64,000 bases of DNA. Source: Steroidobacteraceae bacterium. Its GTDB lineage: Bacteria; Pseudomonadota; Gammaproteobacteria; Steroidobacterales; Steroidobacteraceae. The DNA lies in NCBI GenBank assembly GCA_039924385.1, contig JBDTAV010000007.1:13015-77014 (forward strand). Reading direction: 5' to 3'. The position numbers and the translations under genes are program-made. The notes under the pieces were generated by a model that worked only from the letters and a program-made list of their open reading frames with translations, ran no database searches and was not told where the DNA came from. Shown one piece after another: positions 26,942 through 38,712 of this stretch. Within the stretch, counting starts at the first letter, position 1; each line of letters opens with the position of its first letter.

Positions 26942-28287
26942 GTCGCACCAAGCACGGCGATACGGCCGCGAAGCGAATTGGGCATGGCCTCGGTGATGAC
27001 GATGTCGGCAAAGCTGTTCATGAGCGAGCTCGGATTATCGCGCGGTCCGTCGAAATTGACCCAGCGATTATTGTCGGTGCGTCCTGCCAGCTGCGCGGGG
27101 TTGCGCTTTGCCGGACGCTCGACCAGCACGCGCTGGCGGCTGCCGACCATGCGCTCTGAAATGGCGCGCGCCTGGCCGTTCAGTCGCTGCTGCAGGAGTT
27201 CCAGACGCTGTTGTTTGACCTCATGCGGCACCTCGTCAGGCAATGCCGCGGCCGGCGTGCCGGGCCGGCGACTGTAGAGAAAGCTGAACGACTGATCGAA
27301 CCCCACTTCCGCGACCAGATTCATGGTCGCCAGAAAATCCTCAGCCGTTTCACCGGGGAATCCCACGATCAAGTCGGTCGATATGCAGATGTCCGGACGC
27401 ACCGCGCGCAGTTTGCGCAGCTTTTGCTTGTACTCGAGCACCGTGTGCCCGCGTTTCATGGCGGCGAGAATGCGGTCGGAACCGCTTTGCACCGGCAGAT
27501 GCAGGTAATCATTGAGTTGCGGGACGTTCGCGTACGCTTCGATCAAGCTGTCATTGAATTCGAGCGGATGCGAGGTCGTAAAACGAATGCGCTCGATTCC
27601 GTCGATGGCCGCGACGAAATGGATCAGCGTCGACAGATCCGCGAGCATGCCTTCCGACATGGCCCCCGCGTAGGCGTTGACGTTCTGACCCAGCAGGGTG
27701 ATCTCGCGCACGCCCTGGCGGGCCAGTTGCAGAACCTCAGCCATCACCTGCTCGAATGGGCGGCTGATTTCCTCGCCGCGCGTGTAGGGTACGACGCAGA
27801 ACGTGCAGTACTTGCTGCAGCCCTCCATGATGGAAACGAAGGCGGTGGCGCCATGGGAGCGGGCTTCCGGCAGGCGATCGAATTTCTCAATTTCAGGGAA
27901 ACTGATGTCGATCTGCGATCGTCCGGAGTCTTTCAGTCCTTGAATCATCGCCGGCAGGCGGTGCAAGGTCTGCGGCCCGAACACCAGATCCACGAACGGC
28001 GCGCGCGCGGTAATCCCTTCGCCTTCCTGGCTCGCCACGCAGCCGCCCACCCCGATCACCACATGGGGGCGTTGCTGCTTGAGGAGCCGCCATTCGCCCA
28101 ACAGCGAGAACACCTTTTCTTGGGCTTTTTCGCGCACCGAACAGGTATTGACCAGCAGCACGTCGGCCTGGGCCGGGTCATCCGTGCTCCTCATGCCATG
28201 CGCGGCTTCGAGTACATCCCGCATCTTGCCGGAATCGTATTCATTCATCTGGCAGCCAAATGTTTTTATGTATAAAAGACCGGGCAT
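26938..28287 (-). CDS. miaB: tRNA-2-methylthio-N6-dimethylallyladenosine synthase MiaB
   Basis: Start at [19 protein letters not shown]. Radical-SAM [15 protein letters not shown] motif and a TRAM C-terminus. Confidence 0.9.
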   Translation of the reverse strand: MPGLLYIKTFGCQMNEYDSGKMRDVLEAAHGMRSTDDPAQADVLLVNTCSVREKAQEKVFSLLGEWRLLKQQRPHVVIGVGGCVASQEGEGITARAPFVDLVFGPQTLHRLPAMIQGLKDSGRSQIDISFPEIEKFDRLPEARSHGATAFVSIMEGCSKYCTFCVVPYTRGEEISRPFEQVMAEVLQLARQGVREITLLGQNVNAYAGAMSEGMLADLSTLIHFVAAIDGIERIRFTTSHPLEFNDSLIEAYANVPQLNDYLHLPVQSGSDRILAAMKRGHTVLEYKQKLRKLRAVRPDICISTDLIVGFPGETAEDFLATMNLVAEVGFDQSFSFLYSRRPGTPAAALPDEVPHEVKQQRLELLQQRLNGQARAISERMVGSRQRVLVERPAKRNPAQLAGRTDNNRWVNFDGPRDNPSSLMNSFADIVITEAMPNSLRGRIAVLGAT

Positions 28288-28339
28288 CAGGATCCTGGAA
28301 TGGGCTCGCGAGGAAAAGGCCGCTAAGATACTAGGAACC

Positions 28340-28873
28340 ATGGCAATACGCGAAGTTCTCAAAATGGGCGACCCCCGGCTGCTGGCCGTCGCGCAGCCGG
28401 TAACCGAATTCGGTACGCTCGAGCTGGAAAACCTGCTGACCGATATGCAGGAGACCATGCGAAATCTAAATGGCGCGGGGCTTGCCGCGCCGCAAATCGG
28501 CATCGGCCGCCGCGTCGTGATATTCGGTTTTGAGGAGAATCCACGCTATCCGGAAGCCGACCCGGTGCCCTACACCGTGCTCATCAACCCGGAACTGACG
28601 CCGATCGGAGAGATTCAGGATGAGGACTGGGAGGGATGCCTGTCGATTCCCGGCATGCGCGGTTTGGTGCCTCGCTACCGCGAACTGCGCTACACCGGAT
28701 TCGACGCGGCGGGAATGCCGATCGATCGCACCGTCAACGATTTTCACGCCCGGGTGGTGCAGCATGAGGTCGATCACCTCGATGGAATTCTCTATCCACG
28801 CCGGATCCGGGACTTGAGCCAGTTCGGCTTCAATGATGCGCTGTTTCCCGGGGAAACCTTGCAGGACGACTAG
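28340..28873 (+). CDS. def: peptide deformylase (stand-alone copy, no adjacent fmt)
   Basis: 177 aa from [15 protein letters not shown]. Motifs [16 protein letters not shown] and HEVDHLDG. Confidence 0.85.
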   Translation: MAIREVLKMGDPRLLAVAQPVTEFGTLELENLLTDMQETMRNLNGAGLAAPQIGIGRRVVIFGFEENPRYPEADPVPYTVLINPELTPIGEIQDEDWEGCLSIPGMRGLVPRYRELRYTGFDAAGMPIDRTVNDFHARVVQHEVDHLDGILYPRRIRDLSQFGFNDALFPGETLQDD

Positions 28874-29982
28874 GAGCCAAAAATAATGACTCCGCGTCCC
28901 CGCTTGCCGGCGTTCAGGTCCGCAAAGGCGCGCGGCGCCTCATCGATCGAATAAGTCCGCGTAATGAGTTCATCGAGTTTCAGGCGCCCGCTGCGATACA
29001 GACCGATTAACCGCGGAAAATCCTGCTGCGGCCGCGCCGACCCGTACATGCTTCCGGTGAGGGTTTTCTCGGTCGTGGCGACTTGCTGCGCGCTTAACAC
29101 GATCTGATCCTTGGGGCCGGCAATGCCCACAATGACCGCGGTGCCGCCGCGCCGCAATACTCCCCACGCCATTTCCGAACTCTTGCCGTTACCGACGCAA
29201 TCAAAGGCGTAGTCGGCACCGCCGCCGCACAGCTTGTACAGATCCTTTGCGGCATTCGCTTGACCATCGATGTTATAGCCGTGCGTCGCACCGAACTGCT
29301 TCGCCATCTCAAGCTTCTCATCGCTGGTGTCGACGGCGACGATCACGCCGGCGCCGGCGATGGCGCAACCCTGGATGGCATTCAATCCGACGCCGCCGCA
29401 GCCGATAACGACTGCAATCGAACCCGCCTCGACCTTGGCGGTGTTGACCGCAGCGCCGACGCCCGTCATCACCCCGCAGGCAATCAATGCCGCGCGGTCG
29501 AGCGGCATGCTCTGGTCGATCTTGACCACATTGCACATGTGCACGGTGGCATATTCAGCCATGACGCCGCAGCCGCAGAACACGTTGAGATCTTTGCCCG
29601 CGGAATCGCGGGTGCGGACGGTGCCGTCGGGCAGGGTAAATAATGACTTCAGCGACTGAACGCAAAGTTGCGGGCGGCCCGTTTGGCAGTAATGGCAATG
29701 TCCGCACATGCTCACGAATGAGCTGACCACGTGATCGTCGACCGCGTAATTATCGACGCCATCGCCGACGGCGACGATGACTCCCGCACCTTCGTGGCCC
29801 AGGACCAGCGGCAATGGATAATTAATGGTGCCATTGGTCGCCGACAAGTCGCTGTGGCAAACGCCGCAGGCGGCGATGCGCACGGTCACCTCACCATGCT
29901 GAGGTGCTGCGACTTCGATTTGTTCAACCAAGACCGGCCTGCCGATTTCGCGCGCCAGAACTGCCTTCGCCAATTGAGCCAT
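28870..29982 (-). CDS. zinc-dependent alcohol dehydrogenase (MDR superfamily)
   Basis: 370 aa. GVCHSD and GHEGAG zinc-ligand motifs, structural-zinc Cys cluster (CGHCHYCQTG), GCGGVGL Rossmann motif. Confidence 0.85.
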   Translation of the reverse strand: MAQLAKAVLAREIGRPVLVEQIEVAAPQHGEVTVRIAACGVCHSDLSATNGTINYPLPLVLGHEGAGVIVAVGDGVDNYAVDDHVVSSFVSMCGHCHYCQTGRPQLCVQSLKSLFTLPDGTVRTRDSAGKDLNVFCGCGVMAEYATVHMCNVVKIDQSMPLDRAALIACGVMTGVGAAVNTAKVEAGSIAVVIGCGGVGLNAIQGCAIAGAGVIVAVDTSDEKLEMAKQFGATHGYNIDGQANAAKDLYKLCGGGADYAFDCVGNGKSSEMAWGVLRRGGTAVIVGIAGPKDQIVLSAQQVATTEKTLTGSMYGSARPQQDFPRLIGLYRSGRLKLDELITRTYSIDEAPRAFADLNAGKRGRGVIIFGS

Positions 29983-29992
29983 TGAGTGTTTC

Positions 29993-30487
29993 CTATTCGC
30001 GGGTGAGCGCAGCGTAGCGCTGCAAATGTGTATCGCTGTCGCCGAACATCAATTCGGCCGCGGTCAAGCGTTTGAACCAATGACTGACGATGAGTTCATC
30101 GGTCATGCCCATGCCGCCGTGCAGTTGCACTGCCTGCTGGCCGACGAAGCGCGCGGACTGGCCGATCAGAGCCTTGGCAGCCGACAGGGCGCGTCGCCGC
30201 TCGGGTAGGTTCGCGCTCGCGCAGCGCAGCGCCACCAAATAGCTCATCGAGCGCGCCTGTTCCAGGTGAATCACCATGTCGGCAATGCGATGCTGGAATT
30301 GCTTCGGCCAACCGATCCCGCCCCAGCCCCTTTCGTGCAGGCTGCGTTGCCACAGCACATGGTCTTCGCGACTCAAGTCGTAGCCGTTTAAGACCTTGTC
30401 GCGGATTTGGGCAGGGAGCTTTTCCTGCAGGAAGGCGCGGACCTCTTCGCGGAAAGCCTGTTCCTGGTCGGTAAATTCTAGACGCAT
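29993..30487 (-). pseudogene. internally deleted acyl-CoA dehydrogenase (N-terminal approx 60 aa fused in frame to C-terminal approx 100 aa)
   Basis: The 164-aa ORF starts like an ACAD (FTDQEQAFREEVRAFLQEKLP...WQRSLHERGWGGIGWPKQF) and then jumps to the ACAD C-terminal helical domain (QHRIADMVIHLEQARS...AVQLHGGMGMTDE...FGDSDTHLQR). The middle beta-domain and FAD/substrate core are absent. Confidence 0.6.
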
Positions 30488-30499
30488 GGGAGATTCCGT

Positions 30500-30529
30500 T
30501 TAAATTCTGTTCTGCAGAACAGAATTTAA
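30500..30529. promoter_or_regulatory. perfect 30-bp palindrome, probable IclR-type operator in a divergent promoter region
   Basis: TTAAATTCTGTTCTG|CAGAACAGAATTTAA, verified base by base. A third half-site-like AATTCTG follows at 30528-30534. It lies between the ACAD-remnant start (30487) and iclR (30576). Confidence 0.6.
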
Positions 30530-30575
30530 TTCTGAAATGGTGCAAAATTATGTAGATGGGGACGAGGGGTTGTCA

Positions 30576-31394
30576 ATGATGCCGATGAGGAAGTCCAACA
30601 TATCCGCGGTCACGGCTGCCGCCAAAGCCGACCGTCATTTCGTGAATGCATTGGGCCGAGGCTTGGAGCTGCTGGCTTGTTTCCGCCACGGCGATCGAAT
30701 GCTCGGCAACCAAGATCTCGCGCGCGCCTGCGGCCTGCCGAAGTCGACCGTCTCGCGTCTCACAAATACGCTCACCAAGCTCGGTTACCTGGTGTACGTC
30801 GAGGACAGCGCCAAGTACAGCCTCGGCATCGCCACCTTGAGCCTGGGCAGCGCCATGCTGGCGCGCTTGGACATCCGCAAGCTCGCGCATCCTCGCATGC
30901 AGGAATTGGCGGAATTCGGTCAATGCATGGTGAGCCTGGGCACCCGCGACCGGTTATCTATGTTGTACATCGATGTCGTGCGCGGCTCCGGCGCAGTCAC
31001 CTTGAGCTTGGATATGGGCGCGCGCATCCAAATCGCGACCTCGGCGATGGGGCGCGCCTATATGACCGCGGTATCGGAAAACGAGCGAAGCGAAATCATG
31101 GCACGGGTGCGCGAGCTGGCAGCCGCCGATCGCTGGCTGGAAATCAAGGCGGGCGTCGAGCGGGCGATGAGCGATATCCGCGCGCTGGGCGTGTGTTGCT
31201 CATTCGGCGAATGGCAGAAGGATGTCAACGGCATCGCGGTGCCGGTGCGCCCCGGCGGCGGCCTGCCGCCCATGTCGATCAATTGCGGTGCGCCCGCCTA
31301 TATGGTTTCGAAAGACTTCTTGCTCGAAAAAGTTCGCCCCAAGCTCATCGCACTGGCCAACGAATTGGAAACCTCGCTCGGCACCTTGAGCTGA
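30576..31394 (+). CDS. IclR family transcriptional regulator
   Basis: About 272 aa. wHTH (LGNQDLARACGLPKSTVSRLTNTLTKLGYL) plus an IclR effector domain. The ATG at 30576 has a GAGGGG SD at 6 nt. Confidence 0.85.
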   Translation: MMPMRKSNISAVTAAAKADRHFVNALGRGLELLACFRHGDRMLGNQDLARACGLPKSTVSRLTNTLTKLGYLVYVEDSAKYSLGIATLSLGSAMLARLDIRKLAHPRMQELAEFGQCMVSLGTRDRLSMLYIDVVRGSGAVTLSLDMGARIQIATSAMGRAYMTAVSENERSEIMARVRELAAADRWLEIKAGVERAMSDIRALGVCCSFGEWQKDVNGIAVPVRPGGGLPPMSINCGAPAYMVSKDFLLEKVRPKLIALANELETSLGTLS

Positions 31395-31502
31395 CCTCAA
31401 GGCCCTGCGGCAGGTTTACACGGATTTTGAGTCGCATCGGCCGACCAGCCCGCTCAACGTTCAGCGCATCCGCGCTCATAGGCTTCTTCTTCGCGACGCA
31501 GG

Positions 31503-31797
31503 TCAGATGACTTCGAACACAGCGGTGAGGGTTCGTTCACCGCCGCGATTGAGCGTACGCGGGTTGAAACCGAACCCGGGATCGCCGGTTGCGGCCAGCG
31601 CGATCTTCAAAAGCCGCAGACTGTAAGTCACGGGGCAGCGAGCGGTCGGGCAGTCGAGCGATTTAGCATCCAGGCCGGCTTCAGCGAGCAGCGCCGCTGC
31701 TATCGCATCCCGCGGCATCCAACGCACGGCAAATCGCCTTGACCCAGGAACAGAGCGTGGTTTTGCCGCTACCCGAATCGGCCGCCGGTATCCGCAC
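31503..31797 (-). pseudogene. decayed P-loop NTPase gene fragment (CobB/CobQ/BioD- or MobB-like N-terminus)
   Basis: The minus-strand frame from GTG 31797 reads VRIPAADSGSGKTTLCSWVKAICRALDAAG, then a stop at 31681. An overlapping 74-aa ORF (31503-31727) in another frame has no recognisable family. Only about 290 nt are available between iclR and ssb. Confidence 0.35.
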
Positions 31798-31826
31798 TGC
31801 TCTCGCGCCCAATTTGCCTCCCAAAG

Positions 31827-32312
31827 CTAGAAAGGAATATCGTCGTCGAATTCCTCTTTGCCACCGGCCGGCGCCGGTGTTTGGTCATAGTCATCGCGCG
31901 GGGGCGCCCCGACGGCAGCACCGCGTTCAGCGCCGCCTGTGGCGCCGGCACTGGCGCTGCCCCCGCCTGCGCCTCCGCGGCCTCCCAGCATCTGCATATT
32001 ATCGGCGATGATTTCGGTGGTAAATCGGTCGTTGCCCTGCTTGTCCTGCCATTTGCGAGTTCGCAGCTTGCCCTCGACGAAGACTTGCGAGCCCTTGCGC
32101 AGGTACTCGGCGGCGATTTCGCCCAGCCGCCCGAACAGCGCAATGCTGTGCCATTCGGTGCGCTCTTGCTGGGCTCCGGAGGCCTTATCCTTCCAGGATT
32201 CGCTGGTAGCGATCCGGATATTGGTCACCGTCATGCCGCTCGGCATGGACCGGGTTTCAGGGTCGGCACCCAGGTTTCCGACCAGAATCACTTTGTTTAC
32301 GCCACGCGCCAT
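31827..32312 (-). CDS. ssb: single-stranded DNA-binding protein
   Basis: 161 aa. OB-fold N-terminus ([19 protein letters not shown]), Gly-rich linker and an acidic tail ending DDDIPF. Confidence 0.95.
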   Translation of the reverse strand: MARGVNKVILVGNLGADPETRSMPSGMTVTNIRIATSESWKDKASGAQQERTEWHSIALFGRLGEIAAEYLRKGSQVFVEGKLRTRKWQDKQGNDRFTTEIIADNMQMLGGRGGAGGGSASAGATGGAERGAAVGAPPRDDYDQTPAPAGGKEEFDDDIPF

Positions 32313-32471
32313 GTCCTTCCCCTAAGCCTCGTCAGTGCCGCGTATTGTACACGGCGAACACCGCCCCAATATTGGGCCTGAGGCACGCAATAGCGCAGAT
32401 ATGCGCCGCTTAAGGCAGCGAGCAGGGTCGGTTTACCCGCGCTTGACGCGGCGCGTATAGTAATCGGTTAG

Positions 32472-35320
<2,849 letters not shown>

Positions 35321-35324
<4 letters not shown>

Positions 35325-35926
35325 ACGCCGGGGCACGCGTGACCGGCCCATTCGCGCCGCTAATCGGCATACTGATCGGGGCTTTAGGCGGTGCAATTTA
35401 TTGGGTGGCGGTGCAAATTTGGCCTTCGAGCGTCGCCGTAATTTTGTCGATGACCGCGACGGCACTGCTGACCACCGAATTTCGCGTGCCGCCGGCAACC
35501 CGGCTTGATCTCTTGGCCCGCGTGTTGTGTCTGCTGGTCAAGTACAACGCCCTGATGGCCTTGTCCGCCGCCAAGCTGGCTTTTGCGGCTCCTCCAAACG
35601 TTCCATTGGCATTGATTATGATCTGCGGCTATGCCGCCAGCTTCGCGCTGCTTGTATCCGTCCTGGCGGCGCGGGCCGAGAAATCGGCGCCAAAAATCGG
35701 GCAGGGCGCCTTAAGTCTTGCATTGCTGCTCGGATTCGCACCCGCAGCGCTCCTCGGCATTCCAGGGCTCATGGGATTGGCGGCCGCCGTTGTCGTGGCT
35801 CTGGGATTCATTGCCTTCTTCAAATACAAAAGCATCGCCGCCACTGGCGACAGGCTGGATGCGACGCAGTTGGTCACGGAGGCCTGCTTCTATTTGGGCG
35901 CTCTGGCAACATGGAAATACGTTTGA
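35321..35926 (+). CDS. CobS-like (adenosylcobinamide-GDP ribazoletransferase family) membrane protein, apparently lacking the conserved DGxxD region
   Basis: 201 aa, polytopic. Resembles CobS at [21 protein letters not shown] and a C-terminal TGD...E.. segment, but I see no LHLDGLAD-type motif. GTG start overlaps the uvrA stop (GTGA). The family assignment is from memory. Confidence 0.45.
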
Positions 35927-35943
35927 ACGGCGCGGCAGCCGCC

Positions 35944-36948
35944 ATGGCGCGCGCCGCGCTGCCGCTGCTGCGGCAACTCGGTCCCGAACTTGCGCATGAT
36001 CTCGGATTGGCGGCTTTAAAATGCGTGCAGCCGCTGTGGCCGGCATTTCCAGTTCCGACTTCGCTCGCCGTGCAGAGCCTGGGATTACAGTTTTCTCATC
36101 CCTTAGGCTTAGCGGCCGGCTTCGACAAGAACGGCGACTATCTGGATGCGCTCGGCGCGCTGGCATTCAGCCACATCGAGCTCGGCACGGTGACGCCGCG
36201 TCCGCAATCAGGCAATCCCAAGCCCCGCATGTTCAGAATTCCAGGCAGCGACGCGCTGATCAACCGCATGGGGTTCAATAACAAGGGAGTCGATCACTTG
36301 GTCGCCCGGCTCGCGCACGCCCGCTATCGCGGAATTCGCGGCATCAGCATCGGCAAGAATTTTGATACGCCCATCGAGAAAGCGCAGGATGACTACGTTG
36401 CCTGCCTGCGCAAGGTCTACCCGCATGCGGACTACGTGGCGGTGAATGTCTCCTCGCCCAACACGGAGCGCTTGCGCGAACTGCAGGCCCGCGATGGGCT
36501 GCAGCGCATCCTCGGCACGTTGCTCGAGGAGCGGCTCATATTGCAACAGCGCTCTACGCGACGCGTTCCCTTGCTGGTCAAAATCGCGCCCGACCTGAAC
36601 CCGGAGCAACTCTCCGCACTGGCCCAAGAAGTACGCTCGATGCAACTCGACGGCGTGATCGCCACCAATACCTCGACCGATTTGAGCGTGCTTGAGCCGC
36701 CGCCCGCGACGGCGCAGCAGGGAGGCTTAAGCGGTGCGCCGCTGCATCCCGCCTCGGTCAAAATCATCTGCCAGTTGCGGGCCGAACTCGGCCCTGACTT
36801 TCCCATTATCGGAGTCGGCGGAATCGTCAGCGCGGAACATGCGCGCGCCACTTTGCGTGCCGGCGCGAATTTGCTGCAGATTTATACCGGCTTTGCCTAT
36901 CGAGGCGCGGCATTGATCGAGGAAATACTGAACGCGCTGCCCGCATGA
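35944..36948 (+). CDS. pyrD: dihydroorotate dehydrogenase (quinone), class 2
   Basis: 334 aa from MARAALPLLRQLGPELAH (matches the E. coli N-terminal spacing). Motifs GLAAGFDKNG, IELGTVTP, GINIGKN-like (GISIGKN) and GVIATNTS. The ATG at 35911 is an alternative start. Confidence 0.85.
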   Translation: MARAALPLLRQLGPELAHDLGLAALKCVQPLWPAFPVPTSLAVQSLGLQFSHPLGLAAGFDKNGDYLDALGALAFSHIELGTVTPRPQSGNPKPRMFRIPGSDALINRMGFNNKGVDHLVARLAHARYRGIRGISIGKNFDTPIEKAQDDYVACLRKVYPHADYVAVNVSSPNTERLRELQARDGLQRILGTLLEERLILQQRSTRRVPLLVKIAPDLNPEQLSALAQEVRSMQLDGVIATNTSTDLSVLEPPPATAQQGGLSGAPLHPASVKIICQLRAELGPDFPIIGVGGIVSAEHARATLRAGANLLQIYTGFAYRGAALIEEILNALPA

Positions 36949-37751
36949 TTGACCAGACACTCATAGAACAGTATCAGCGCGATGGCGCGGTGTGCATTCG
37001 ACGGCTCTTTGGACGAGAGGAGATCGCCATGCTGCGAAACGGCATTGACATGAATCTCTCGTCCTTGAGTCCGCGCGCCATGGTTGCCAGCGCCGCAAAT
37101 GACCCGGGCCGATTCGTGGAAGATTTCTGCAACTGGCAGGAAAACCCGCATTATCGACGTTTCATTTTCGATTCCGCCCTGCCCGAAACAGCCGGCCGGC
37201 TGATGCGAAGCTCAACTGCGCGGTTGTATCACGATCACATGCTCACCAAGGAACCTGGAACCCGGCAGCCGACGCCCTGGCACCAGGATCAGCCCTACTA
37301 CAACATCGAAGGCCGGCAGAACGTGAGCTTCTGGATTCCGGTGGATCCTGTGAGCCGGGATTCCACGCTGGAGTTGGTTGCGGGCTCGCACTTAGGCCCC
37401 TGGTTGATGCCGCGCGCCTTCATGGACGCCGAGGCCAGGTGGTTTCCCGAGGGCACACTGGCCGACTTGCCGAATATCGACGCAGCGCCCGAGAAATTTC
37501 CCATCCTCGGCTGGGATTTGCAGCCGGGCGATGCCGTGTGTTTCCACATGCTGATGCTTCACGGCGCACGCGGCGTCGCCGGGGCGCAGCGACGCAGGGT
37601 ATTCTCCGTACGGTTTTTAGGCGATGACATCCGGCACACGCCGCGCCGTTGGAAAACATCGCCGGAATTCCCGGGGCTGGCGGACGAGTTGCCTGCCGGC
37701 GCGCCGATGAATCACCCTCTTTTCCCCGTGCTATGGTGCCTGCAACGATGA
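36945..37751 (+). CDS. phytanoyl-CoA dioxygenase (PhyH) family Fe(II)/2-oxoglutarate oxygenase
   Basis: 268 aa. The PWHQDQPYY iron-ligand region and a later HGA motif are typical of the PhyH family. ATGA overlap with pyrD. Confidence 0.8.
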   Translation: MIDQTLIEQYQRDGAVCIRRLFGREEIAMLRNGIDMNLSSLSPRAMVASAANDPGRFVEDFCNWQENPHYRRFIFDSALPETAGRLMRSSTARLYHDHMLTKEPGTRQPTPWHQDQPYYNIEGRQNVSFWIPVDPVSRDSTLELVAGSHLGPWLMPRAFMDAEARWFPEGTLADLPNIDAAPEKFPILGWDLQPGDAVCFHMLMLHGARGVAGAQRRRVFSVRFLGDDIRHTPRRWKTSPEFPGLADELPAGAPMNHPLFPVLWCLQR

Positions 37752-38251
37752 ATAAAATCCCCTGGATCGCATTTGCTCTGGCGTTGCTGTTCGCGATTTT
37801 TTATTTCTCCAATACCGTATCGAGCCTGCCGCCCATGGTCGCTTCTCATTTCGACGGTGCGGGCTTTCCCACCGCCCATACGACGCGCGCGCTGTACACC
37901 AAATTTGTGTTTGGGTTGGGAGTGGGCTTCCCGATTGCCATGGTGGCGCTGCTAAGCGCCGTCTATTCGAAAGCCAACGACATGAAACTGCCGAATCGGG
38001 AATACTGGCTGGCGCCTGAACACATCGCGCAGACGCGAGCCTTGCTGGTTTCACATGCCGTTTGGTTCGGCTGCCTCATGATCGCCATGGTCTGCTACCT
38101 GCATTGGCTGCTGTTGAGCGCGTATCGCAGCATGCCGCCGCGTCTGTCCAATCAGCTGGTCATGGGCGGCTTGCTCGTGTTTATGGGCGTTGCCGTGGGC
38201 TGGATCATTGGGTTGCTGCGCACCTTTCGCCGGCCACGGATCGTCACTTAG
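37748..38251 (+). CDS. hypothetical integral membrane protein (4 predicted TM helices)
   Basis: 167 aa from MNKIPWIAFALALLF. ATGA overlap with the PhyH gene. No family recognised with confidence. Confidence 0.55.
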   Translation: MNKIPWIAFALALLFAIFYFSNTVSSLPPMVASHFDGAGFPTAHTTRALYTKFVFGLGVGFPIAMVALLSAVYSKANDMKLPNREYWLAPEHIAQTRALLVSHAVWFGCLMIAMVCYLHWLLLSAYRSMPPRLSNQLVMGGLLVFMGVAVGWIIGLLRTFRRPRIVT

Positions 38252-38682
38252 CGCAAGGTTGCGGTCAGCGTAATTTCCGGAACGCTGGTCAATGCCTTTG
38301 ACAACGGACAATCCTGTTTCGCCTTGGCGGCGATTGTTTGAAAAGTCGCTTCATCGATGCCCGGTACGCTGGCTTCGAGCTTGAGGCCGATGTGCTCAAT
38401 CGAGAAGCCGCCACCCTTCAACACCAAGCGCACCGCGGCTTGGCAGTCCACAGCCGTCGTGGAAAAGCCTGCCGCATCGCAACCGAAGGAAAACGCCATC
38501 GTAAAACAGGCCGCATGCGCCGCCGCCAGCAATTCCTCTGGATTTGTGCCGCGCTTGTCATCCTCAAAACGACTGGCGAAGCCATAGGGGTAGGACTTCA
38601 GCGCCTCGGTTTGAGTGCTGATCTTGCCCGTGCCCTGCTTGCCCCGACCCTCCCAGTGCACCGTTGCGGTTTTATCACTCAT
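38248..38682 (-). CDS. osmC: OsmC family peroxiredoxin
   Basis: 144 aa. TNPEELLAAAHAACF and CPLSKAL motifs carrying the two conserved Cys. Confidence 0.85.
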   Translation of the reverse strand: MSDKTATVHWEGRGKQGTGKISTQTEALKSYPYGFASRFEDDKRGTNPEELLAAAHAACFTMAFSFGCDAAGFSTTAVDCQAAVRLVLKGGGFSIEHIGLKLEASVPGIDEATFQTIAAKAKQDCPLSKALTSVPEITLTATLR

Positions 38683-38712
38683 AACAGCCCCTCAAGTTGT
38701 AGCCAATAAAAA

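Noticed and set aside
31503-31727. Reading the 74-aa ORF as a TusA/SirA-like sulfur carrier because of LD..CP...L..K.AL and ATGDPG-like strings.
   Set aside because: The spacing does not fit the TusA CPxP motif or its domain length, the start has no SD, and an overlapping frame carries a clearer Walker A remnant. It is treated as part of a decayed locus.
32313-32471. Search for an SOS (LexA) box in the divergent ssb-uvrA promoter. I saw the 12-bp palindrome CCCAATATTGGG (32365-32376) and TTGTACA.
   Set aside because: There is no CTGT-N8-ACAG box and no other LexA consensus that I can match confidently. The palindrome is short and of unknown meaning, so no regulatory call was made.
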